NCBI GenBank assembly: GCA_050725495.1
Contig: JBOHHM010000020.1
Location: 1-43,880, forward strand
Direction of reading: 5' to 3'
DNA length: 43,880 nt
Origin: Burkholderiaceae bacterium
Lineage (GTDB): Bacteria > Pseudomonadota > Gammaproteobacteria > Burkholderiales > Burkholderiaceae_C
Part shown: piece after piece, positions 17,917-25,933 of the stretch
Position numbering within the stretch: position 1 is the first letter of the stretch
How the letters are laid out: each line of letters opens with the position of its first letter
The notes under the pieces: model-generated
Database searches by the model: none
Told to the model about the DNA's origin: nothing
Seen by the model: only the letters and a program-made list of their open reading frames with translations
Translations under genes and position numbers: made by a program

Positions 17917-18318
17917 TCATGGCGCGCCCTCCCCGGCTGCGGCGGGCCGGCCGCCGAGGCGGCGGATGGCGGCCATCAGCACCTGCTGCGCGCCGGCACC
18001 GACCGCGAAGGCGCCGCCCAGCAGCAGCGACTCGGGCAGGCTGGCCAGCAGCAGGGCCAGCGGCGCGAGGTAGCCGGCCGTGAGGCTGCTGGCGACGGCC
18101 ACCATGATGCGGCTCAGCGTGGTGCGCAGCAGCTCGCGCCAGGTGTCGCCGGTGCCGGGCACGCTGTTGAGCAGGATGATGGCGACGATCGAGCCGTTGA
18201 AGCCGGCCAGCAGCAGATCGGGCCGCAGCCCCAGCGGCACGCCGGCGACGCTGAGCGCCGGCACGGCGGCCGCGGCGGCGGCCAGCGTGGCGGTGGCGGT
18301 GGAGGTGGGTTCGGCCAT
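17917..18318 (-). CDS. Putative holin-family membrane protein
   Basis: 133 aa with several hydrophobic helices (GSIVAIILLNSV, IMVAVASSLTAGYLAPLALLLASL, LLLGGAFAVGAGA), located between the tail fibre and lysis genes. Confidence 0.45.
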   Translation of the reverse strand: MAEPTSTATATLAAAAAAVPALSVAGVPLGLRPDLLLAGFNGSIVAIILLNSVPGTGDTWRELLRTTLSRIMVAVASSLTAGYLAPLALLLASLPESLLLGGAFAVGAGAQQVLMAAIRRLGGRPAAAGEGAP

Positions 18319-18322
18319 AAAG

Positions 18323-20587
18323 TCAGCCCACCACTTCCGCAGTGTTGATGCGGGCCACCCATTTGATGGAGGTCGCAGCCGCGCCCGTCGCCTTGATCTC
18401 CAGGCTGCCGTTCGTGGTGTTTACCGCTGCGGCAACCGTCCAAGCGGACGCGCCAGCGTCGGCGCCCAGGGCGGTGACTGTCGGGCTACCGACGAGGGCC
18501 GTGGCCGCTGCATTGGCGCCGCGTTTTATGGCGCCCGAAATCCGGAATGCCGCGCCGTCGCCATTGGCATTGTTTCGTGCGGAGATAATTGCATCAAAAC
18601 CATACATCGAGCTGTTTGGCAGCACGATAGTCGTGGCGGCGGTGACCGCCGCAGCCCCCGCGCTTAGCGTGGTTTGTGTCGCGTCAGTAGTCGATGCGGA
18701 TTGAACAAAACCCTCGGTTTGCGCATCGCCCTGCGCGGAAAACTTGCCTGCGCCCTGGGCGGTTGCCCCATTGAGCCCCCGTGTCGTCGCGTCCTTCCCG
18801 CCGGGCACAAACGAGTGGTTGCCCGATGCCGTGTTGGCATCCCCGGCGCCAACAAAAGAATAGCTGCCCGACGCTACGTTATTCGCCCCGCCACCAACAT
18901 AAGAATTGAGGCCTGACGCTGTGTTGCTGCTGCCACCACCGATCACGGAATAATCATTTGTGACTGAGTTGCCGCTTCCCCCGCCAATGAAGGAGTAAGT
19001 CACCGTGATCGAATTGTTTCCGCCAGCCCCCAGAAAACTGGCCGTGCCGCTGTTGGAGTTGCTGAAGCCCGCACCGATGAAAGACAACAGCCCGGACGCG
19101 ACAGAATCCCGCCCCGCGACCACTCCAGAATTGGCCCCGGAAGCGGTGTTGTTGTAGCCCGAACCGATGAAGGCGTTGGCACCGGACGCCACCTGCGACG
19201 CCGCCGCCCTTTGCAGCTGAAAGTCAACGGCCCTGGCGCCGCGTTTATTGCCGCCTGCCGCTGCGTTATCGGGCAACTGAGACAGCAAGGAACCCGTCCC
19301 TTTTGGGCCAATCGCTGCATCAATGTCGGCACCGGCGTTGTTGGGGTAAAACCGGACTACGGGCACGGTGGCGTTGGGCGCGGCCGTGTTGACGGATTCC
19401 GTCCAGTTGGTCAGCCCGCCCCCACCGGCCGGAGTGGACCAAGTCGGGAGCCCCGCAATCATCGTCAGCACCTGGTCGACGGTCCCGATACCGAGGCGCT
19501 CCGGAGCGCCTGCCGCTCCGCCCCGGATGAGGTCGCCCGCCGTGGTCATGGGATTTGTCATCCCGGAACCCATGCCGCGCTGGGTGACATAGTTCGTGCC
19601 GTCGCTGACGATGCGCACGCCCTGACCGGTGGTGACGGCCAGCGAGGTCGCGCCGTCGATGGTGCTGGTGGTCGGCGTGATGGTCAGCGTGCCGGCGCCG
19701 CGGTTCTGCACGTCGACCCACCAGCCGTTCGGGAAGCTGGCGCCGGCCTGCGGCAGCGTGCCCGCGATGGCCGCTGCGTTGGAATGCGTGACCAGCTTGC
19801 CCTTGTCGGCCGTGACGAAGGTGTAGGCAGTGCCGGTCTGCGCATTGGGCAGTTCGTCCGACGAGGCGGTGCCGGCGACCACGGGCGTGCCGTTGGCGCG
19901 GCTGTAGTAGTCGCAGCGCCAGTTGCCCGCGCCCAGCGAGACGAACTCGGCCACGTCACCGGCGGCCGTCGTGATGTTGGCCGCGCCCGGCAGGATCAGG
20001 CTGGTGGCGTTGTGGGTGAGGGTCAGCGCGCCCTGGAACACGGTACGCCGAATCGCGCCAGCGGCGATGCTGTCGAACGCCGTGATCGTGACCGCGCCGC
20101 TGATGCTGATGCTGTTGGCCGCCGCTGCGCCGATCGCGACCGTGGCGGCCGAGGCAATCGTGACGGTGGGCGCTTCGTTCAGCGCGCTGGTCAGCGTGCC
20201 GCCGGTGAAGGCCGCGCCGCTGACCCCGACCGCTTGACGATGATCCTCATAGCTGGTGACGGTAGAGGCGCCGGCCACGATCAGGTACAGCCGGGCGTAG
20301 TTGGCCGTGTCATTCCAATTCGTGACTGTGGTTGCGACCGACACCGCGCCGTTTAATCTTGCCGCAACCAGGTAGTTGGTCGCACTGGCCGTCAGCGCGA
20401 CCGTGCCACTGGCGATGAGAGTACTGGCAAAGCGACCACCGACATAGCCCCAGGTCAGGCCGGTGCTGGTGACCGGGTTGCGGCCGTACAAAATGGCCGG
20501 GCTGGCGCCATCGAAATTGTCGTTGACCTGGGTGGCGGCGCCGGTGCCGGCCACCACCTGCTGAATCGGGCTGGTTGAATCTGCCAT
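18323..20587 (-). CDS. Tail fibre / receptor-binding protein
   Basis: 754 aa, Gly/Ala/Thr/Ser-rich. The distal part has repeated G-x-x-N-x-A-S-G units (NNTASGANS, SNSNSGTAS, GGSGNSVTN, SSNTASGLNS, ANNVASGSYS, DANTASGNHS) resembling YadA/Hep_Hag head repeats. It follows the host-specificity gene. Confidence 0.75.
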   Translation of the reverse strand: MADSTSPIQQVVAGTGAATQVNDNFDGASPAILYGRNPVTSTGLTWGYVGGRFASTLIASGTVALTASATNYLVAARLNGAVSVATTVTNWNDTANYARLYLIVAGASTVTSYEDHRQAVGVSGAAFTGGTLTSALNEAPTVTIASAATVAIGAAAANSISISGAVTITAFDSIAAGAIRRTVFQGALTLTHNATSLILPGAANITTAAGDVAEFVSLGAGNWRCDYYSRANGTPVVAGTASSDELPNAQTGTAYTFVTADKGKLVTHSNAAAIAGTLPQAGASFPNGWWVDVQNRGAGTLTITPTTSTIDGATSLAVTTGQGVRIVSDGTNYVTQRGMGSGMTNPMTTAGDLIRGGAAGAPERLGIGTVDQVLTMIAGLPTWSTPAGGGGLTNWTESVNTAAPNATVPVVRFYPNNAGADIDAAIGPKGTGSLLSQLPDNAAAGGNKRGARAVDFQLQRAAASQVASGANAFIGSGYNNTASGANSGVVAGRDSVASGLLSFIGAGFSNSNSGTASFLGAGGNNSITVTYSFIGGGSGNSVTNDYSVIGGGSSNTASGLNSYVGGGANNVASGSYSFVGAGDANTASGNHSFVPGGKDATTRGLNGATAQGAGKFSAQGDAQTEGFVQSASTTDATQTTLSAGAAAVTAATTIVLPNSSMYGFDAIISARNNANGDGAAFRISGAIKRGANAAATALVGSPTVTALGADAGASAWTVAAAVNTTNGSLEIKATGAAATSIKWVARINTAEVVG

Positions 20588-23500
20588 TTAGATGGTTCCC
20601 TGAAGGTAGAAGCCGCGCCCGATGGCGCCGGAGACTTGGTAGATGCGCAGATAGACCGTGGCCTGGTTGGCGCCGAAGTCGGCGACCTGCTGGGCGCTGG
20701 TGTAGGTGACGGTCGGCGTGGTGCTGGTCAAGGTGCGTTTGACGGTGGTGAAGGCGCCGTCGGTGAAAACATCGATGCTGTAGCTCTCGCTGGTTTCGCC
20801 CAGCGGCACCGTGCCCAGCAACCAGTTGTCGCTCAGCCGCGTGCGGCGGCTCCAGGTCAGCGTCAGGTCGCCAGCCGCGCGGGCGCCGCGCAGCTTGTAG
20901 GGCGACAGCGGCTTGAGGCCGACGCCGGCATTGACGCCGACGCTGGACGCCACGGCGTCGAGCGCCAGGCCCTTGCTGACGCTGCGGTACTTGCGGTTTT
21001 GGCCCAGCTCGGCAATGTCGAACAGCGGGCGCAGCAGGCCCGCTGCCGTCAGCAGCACAAAGCTGTCATAGGCGGCATGATTGCCGCGGTTGGCTTCGGT
21101 GCCGCGCTGGCCGCGCTTGAGGCCGCTGATCTGGTAGCGGCCGCCGCCCAGCGCGCTGGCGCGGATGAATTGCAGGATCTCCCAGCGGCCGTTTTTGCCG
21201 ATGGCGCAGGCGTTGTCGGTGCCGCTGACGATCTTGTCGCGGGTGGAGCTGCTGAGCGCATCGGGGCCGATGCTGACGACGAGGGTGTTTTTTTCGTCGA
21301 TGGTGTTGCTGGCCCAATCACCCAACGCCGTCTCGGCGATGCCGATGGGCGCGGACAGGTCCACGTCGCCGCGAAACAGCAGGGACGCATCGTCGGCACC
21401 CAGGTACAGCGCCGCGCCGCGCCAGGGCGTGCCGAGGCCGGCCTGGGCCACATACAGGCCGGCGTTGTCGTCGGCATCGCGCAGGATCGGGATGTCGAGC
21501 AGCACCAGGCGGCTGGGCGCGGGCAGCGCGTCGACGGCCTGGCCAATGCCGGGCGCGCTGCCTGCGGGCGCGGTCTGGTACAGCTCGGCGTTGGCGTCGA
21601 CGGCATCGAACTCGATCAGCGCGCCGCTGTCGCTGACGCGGGTCAGCAGGCGGCTCTGGAAGCTGCCCCGGGGATATTCCACCGACACGATGTCGCCGGG
21701 CGTGAGGTGGGCAAACCGGCGCGTCAGCTTGCCGCTGCGCTTGTTGCGCGCGCTCCAGGCGTCGAACAGCAGCACGTCGGCGACCTGCTTGGCGTGATTG
21801 CTGGTGGTGCATATCGCCACATCGTCCGACAGGTCGTTGATGGAGCTGCTGACCTGTCGGACGGCCTGCTCGGCGCCGGGCTGGTAGTCGCTGCTGACGT
21901 CCAGGAACTGCACCGTGATCGAGCGCGGCAGTTCCGTCTCTTGCGCGCGCACGAGCGCGAACGGGTCGCCGGGCTCGCCGCCGTTTTCCGTGGCGGCGAA
22001 CTCATCGAAGGCGATGGTGGCGGCCTGCGCCTGGTTGGCACGCTTGACGAACCTGAGCTTGGCGTCGACCTCGACCGGGTCGATGAAGAAGGCCTTGAGC
22101 AGCGGCTCGATGTTGGCCCGGGCGCTGGACACGCGGGTGATGGGGTAGCCGGTCACGGTGTCGGCGAGGCCCGACACGTCGATCTTGCTGGCGGGCAGGC
22201 CGGCGCGGCTGCACTGGTCGGTGATGATGCTGGCGACCGTGGGCGCGGCTGGCGTCAGCGCGGAGTAGTGGATGAGCTTGAAATCGGTCGCCCCCGCGAC
22301 CACGCTGCTCGCGCCGATGATTGCGTAATTTTCATTGGCGTAGAAGGTTCTTTGGGGCGATGAAAAGCTGGTGTCGGTCTGCAGGTACAGCGTTTGCCAG
22401 CCCGAGCTGGTTATCTTGAAAACCGTCAGGTCGACACCGACTCTCAAGGCGAACACGCCCGCGGCAGAGGCGCACAACAGCATGCCGTTGCCCAGGTTTT
22501 GCGCAGAGCCAATGCTCTCCAACAGCGCCCCGGTGGTCGCGCTGTATTTGTCCAGATAGGTCACCCCCAGCCGCGTATCGGTTTTATAGACCAGCCCGTT
22601 GTGAAACGCATGGATGGCTGACGTGCCTGTGCCGGAAATAGTCGGCCCGTTGGGATATATCTCAATCCGACTCGGTGAAGAGAACGCGAGGGCGTAAGAG
22701 CTTGTGACGCTATCAAAGGCGGCGTACTGGATTGCCGGCGATCCGCCACCGGACGGAGCAGGCACCCCAGAGATGACCGACTCCGAACCATCGCCCGTGA
22801 AGGAGACCAGATCGAACACACCCGCGCTTCGGGTGCGAATGGCGACCGCTTCGGGTGTCTGCCCGCTGCTCTGCACCGGAACGAAGCCGAACGGGTAGTC
22901 GCTGATCGGTGCCGCCGTTGGGGACTGCCCCGCATTTGAAAAGTATCCCAGCCCGACGTTTAAATACGGGAAGTACGGGTCGGGCGACGCGCCGTACTGG
23001 TTGAAGATCAGCGACTGATCTTTGGTGACGCTTGAAAAGATGCCGGTAAAATTCTGCGGCAAAACGACAGCCGAATATTGCTGCAGCGCGGACCCGACCG
23101 AGCCAACCTGGACCAGCTCGAAGGTCAGCTGGGGGATGCGCCCACCCGGGCAATCGAGCTGCGTGAACACCACGTAGGCGCGGCCCCGGTAGGCCGGCAC
23201 GTTGCCGACACCCGACAGCGCCTCCAGCGTCGGGTCGGGCAACTGCGTTTCGCTGCCGCCATAAAACTTGAATCCCGCCGCCCACGCGCTGCTGGCAATG
23301 ACCGTGGCCGCGCTGCTGCCGCTGGAGTTGTCGTAGATCAGCTTGCCATCGCTGAAGATCTTGCGGATGCCGGCCGCCGGGCCGGCGCACAGGTCGATCG
23401 CGAGGTCTGCGTTGTAGCTGTAGGTGGTGCTCGTGGTCTTGGGGCCGCCCTTGCCATGGCGCTCGGTTTTGGAGACCTCGCGGATTTCCGAGCAGTGAAT

Positions 23501-23743
23501 CACGTTGCCCGCGATGCGCGCCGTGCCGTACAGCGTCGTCATGGGCGTGCCGAGCGTGCTCGACTGGACCGTGCGGTCGCCGATGCGCGGGCCCTCGTTG
23601 TGGATGTCCTTGGCCGTGACGGCCTGGCCCACCATCGCCCCCACGGTCCAGCCGATGGAGGCGCCGTAGGCCGCGAAGGCGGTGCCGGCGGCCAAGGTGC
23701 CGCCGGCCCAGGCGCCGATGGCGGCGAATGCCAGCATCGGCAT
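20588..23743 (-). CDS. Host-specificity / central tail protein (RcGTA g15-like, gpJ analogue)
   Basis: 1051 aa. N-terminus MPMLAFAAIGAWAGG...GPRIGDRTVQSSTLGTPMTTLYGTARIAGNVIHCSEIRE...TYSYNADLAIDLCAGP matches the conserved start of GTA-type tail host-specificity proteins. Confidence 0.85.
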   Translation of the reverse strand: MPMLAFAAIGAWAGGTLAAGTAFAAYGASIGWTVGAMVGQAVTAKDIHNEGPRIGDRTVQSSTLGTPMTTLYGTARIAGNVIHCSEIREVSKTERHGKGGPKTTSTTYSYNADLAIDLCAGPAAGIRKIFSDGKLIYDNSSGSSAATVIASSAWAAGFKFYGGSETQLPDPTLEALSGVGNVPAYRGRAYVVFTQLDCPGGRIPQLTFELVQVGSVGSALQQYSAVVLPQNFTGIFSSVTKDQSLIFNQYGASPDPYFPYLNVGLGYFSNAGQSPTAAPISDYPFGFVPVQSSGQTPEAVAIRTRSAGVFDLVSFTGDGSESVISGVPAPSGGGSPAIQYAAFDSVTSSYALAFSSPSRIEIYPNGPTISGTGTSAIHAFHNGLVYKTDTRLGVTYLDKYSATTGALLESIGSAQNLGNGMLLCASAAGVFALRVGVDLTVFKITSSGWQTLYLQTDTSFSSPQRTFYANENYAIIGASSVVAGATDFKLIHYSALTPAAPTVASIITDQCSRAGLPASKIDVSGLADTVTGYPITRVSSARANIEPLLKAFFIDPVEVDAKLRFVKRANQAQAATIAFDEFAATENGGEPGDPFALVRAQETELPRSITVQFLDVSSDYQPGAEQAVRQVSSSINDLSDDVAICTTSNHAKQVADVLLFDAWSARNKRSGKLTRRFAHLTPGDIVSVEYPRGSFQSRLLTRVSDSGALIEFDAVDANAELYQTAPAGSAPGIGQAVDALPAPSRLVLLDIPILRDADDNAGLYVAQAGLGTPWRGAALYLGADDASLLFRGDVDLSAPIGIAETALGDWASNTIDEKNTLVVSIGPDALSSSTRDKIVSGTDNACAIGKNGRWEILQFIRASALGGGRYQISGLKRGQRGTEANRGNHAAYDSFVLLTAAGLLRPLFDIAELGQNRKYRSVSKGLALDAVASSVGVNAGVGLKPLSPYKLRGARAAGDLTLTWSRRTRLSDNWLLGTVPLGETSESYSIDVFTDGAFTTVKRTLTSTTPTVTYTSAQQVADFGANQATVYLRIYQVSGAIGRGFYLQGTI

Positions 23744-24174
23744 TACGCCACCCCCGGAAAACGGAAGGCCGCGAGGATGCGGCCGGACCAGACCGAATCG
23801 AGCCGGGCCTCGACCACCTGGCGATTGAGCAGATGGGCGTGGATCATGCTCAGGCCGCCGTACAGGTAGTCGCCGATGATGGCCATGTGGCGCTGACGCC
23901 CGAAGCCGACGACGATCACGTCGCCGGGCTGCAGCTCGTCTTTGCCGATGGGCAACAGGTACTGCTTGCAGGCATCGATCATGGCCTCGTCCTGCGAGGT
24001 GCGGCCATAGTCGGGCGTCCGATACTCGGTGCCGCGCACCGCGTTGCTGACCACGATGGGCAGGCCAATGCAGTCCACGCCCTCGCGGCTGCGGCCCTGG
24101 TGCTGCCAGCGCACGCCGAGGTAACTGCGCGCTTCGGCCACGATGTCGGCATTGGGTCCGTGGTACCAGTTCAT
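23743..24174 (-). CDS. Phage NlpC/P60 cell-wall peptidase (RcGTA g14-like)
   Basis: From ATG 24174: MNWYHGPNADIVAEARSYLGVRWQHQGRSREGVDCIGL...H (catalytic Cys in DCIGL). ATGA overlap with the upstream gene. Confidence 0.85.
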   Translation of the reverse strand: MNWYHGPNADIVAEARSYLGVRWQHQGRSREGVDCIGLPIVVSNAVRGTEYRTPDYGRTSQDEAMIDACKQYLLPIGKDELQPGDVIVVGFGRQRHMAIIGDYLYGGLSMIHAHLLNRQVVEARLDSVWSGRILAAFRFPGVA

Positions 24175-25019
24175 GTTTTCGTCACTCCGGCCGAGCCGAG
24201 CACCTTGTCGTTCAGCGGCGTGTCGGGAAAGCCGCGGAAGTTGACGACGTTGGCCCACCGGGTCTTGCAGTCCTCGGTGCGGCGCTTGCGGCAGCCCGGC
24301 ACCACGGTGAAGGCGTCGCCGACCGCGATGTTGAAGGGCATGGCGGCGTTGAGCGTGAAGAGGCCGGCAGTGAAGGCCGATATCTCCATCTTCAGCCCGT
24401 TGTTCGGGCCTGCGGTCCAGGTCAGCACGCCGGCGCCGAAGTAGTCGGCGGCCTGGCCCAGGGCCGTGGCGAACACGGCGCGGTTGGTCACGCCGCTGAC
24501 CGTGCCGCTGACGCGCAGCGCCTCGACGTTGTAGCCGCATTTGCTGTCGCCGAAGTTGGCCGGGCAGGTCTTGGTGTAGTAGCCGCCCACCGGCTGCTGC
24601 AGGGTTTGCAGCAGGCCGCGCAGCTCGACGATGAAGCCGACGCGGCCGGCGCTGACGTTGCCGGTCTTGCCGGTGGCCAGGATCATGCGGCCCTGCGTGA
24701 GGTCGCGGTAGTTGACCTCGAAAATCTCAACCTCGCAGTTGTCCCATTTGCCGCCCAGCAGGTCGGACTCGGTGATGCTGGCCGAGTCGAGGAAGCCCTG
24801 CACCTCGAGATTGGGCACCGACATGTCGAGCTTGCCCTCCATGGCGCTGGGCGTGAAGCCGGTGGCGGCCTTGTAGGTCACGCCCTCGAACTCAATATCG
24901 ATGTCCACGCTGGTGAAGCCGAACACCTGGCCATCGGCGCGCAGGCATTTCCAGCAGCGGGCCAGCGTGGTGCTGCCCTGGGCGTAGTGGGCCAGCAGGG
25001 CGGCGCCGGCGGCCCTCAT
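24171..25019 (-). CDS. Distal tail protein, DUF2163 / BR0599-like (RcGTA g13-like)
   Basis: From ATG 25019: MRAAGAALLAHYAQGSTTLARCWKCLRADGQVFGFTSVDIDIEFEGVTYKA...TCPANFGDSKCGYN. Confidence 0.8.
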   Translation of the reverse strand: MRAAGAALLAHYAQGSTTLARCWKCLRADGQVFGFTSVDIDIEFEGVTYKAATGFTPSAMEGKLDMSVPNLEVQGFLDSASITESDLLGGKWDNCEVEIFEVNYRDLTQGRMILATGKTGNVSAGRVGFIVELRGLLQTLQQPVGGYYTKTCPANFGDSKCGYNVEALRVSGTVSGVTNRAVFATALGQAADYFGAGVLTWTAGPNNGLKMEISAFTAGLFTLNAAMPFNIAVGDAFTVVPGCRKRRTEDCKTRWANVVNFRGFPDTPLNDKVLGSAGVTKT

Positions 25020-25933
25020 TCGCGCACCTCCTGCAGCACCACGGAGGGCCCGGCCAGCAGCCGCGCATCGGCCGCACCGCCGGCGACCAGGTCCCAGTCG
25101 ATCGCGTCTTCCATGAAATGCACCGGCACGTAGAAGCGGCCGCTCCAGGTCAGCGTCTCGCTCGCCTGCGGGTATTTGTAGCCGCTGCCGGCCGCCGTGA
25201 TGGTCTTGCCGGCGGTGTTGGTGGACAGGGTGTAGGTGTTGGCGGCGATGCCGGTGATGGCATGCGACAGGCCGTTGAGCAGGGCCGAGTCGGCGCCGGT
25301 CAGCCCGGCCAGGTAGAGGCGATCGCCCACGGCCAGGCCCGCCAGCGCGGCGGTCAGCGTGACCTGCGTGGTGGCCCCGACGGTGACGCCCGTGACGGTG
25401 GACGACGAGTCGGCCACAAAGGTCACGGTGCCCGTGTCGTAATTGATCGCGGCCTGGCCCGCGCCGGCACCCAGGGTGACCGGGGCGCCGCCGCGCAGCA
25501 GGGCCACGGTCTTGGGCCTGGTGATGAGGCGGTCCTTGCTGCGCGTGGACCCGACCGAGGTGTAGCGCTTGTGCAGGCGCATCGAGGGCACGCCGTAGCC
25601 GAGCCCGATGCTGCCGCCGAGCACGCCAGCGACGATGGGGTAGAGCAGGCCCGTGGTCGCGTCCAGCGTGCAGTCTTTCGGGTCTTCCATGAGAAAGCCG
25701 TAGGCACCGCCGTCGGTGACCTCGTGCAGCCCTTCGAGCGCCTGCCATTGCGCGACCAGCATGGGCACAATGCCCAGCTCGTACTGGCGCAGGGTCTTGG
25801 TCCAGTTGATGTTGACGCTCTGGTAGCCGCCGCCGTTTGTCGAGCGGGTGTTGTTGCGCAGGTTCTTGCCGCGCACGCCGGCGGCGATCACGCTGTTGGG
25901 CAGGATCACGTCGCTGTAGACGGTGATGGCCAT
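25016..25933 (-). CDS. Distal tail protein, DUF2460-like (RcGTA g12-like)
   Basis: From ATG 25933: MAITVYSDVILPNSVIAAGVRGKNLRNNTRSTNGGGYQSVNINWTKTLRQYELG...GFLMEDPKD. Confidence 0.8.
   Translation of the reverse strand: MAITVYSDVILPNSVIAAGVRGKNLRNNTRSTNGGGYQSVNINWTKTLRQYELGIVPMLVAQWQALEGLHEVTDGGAYGFLMEDPKDCTLDATTGLLYPIVAGVLGGSIGLGYGVPSMRLHKRYTSVGSTRSKDRLITRPKTVALLRGGAPVTLGAGAGQAAINYDTGTVTFVADSSSTVTGVTVGATTQVTLTAALAGLAVGDRLYLAGLTGADSALLNGLSHAITGIAANTYTLSTNTAGKTITAAGSGYKYPQASETLTWSGRFYVPVHFMEDAIDWDLVAGGAADARLLAGPSVVLQEVRE

Noticed and set aside
18323-20587. Diversity-generating retroelement targeting the tail fibre
   Set aside because: I found no reverse transcriptase gene and no template repeat matching the fibre C-terminus anywhere in the window.
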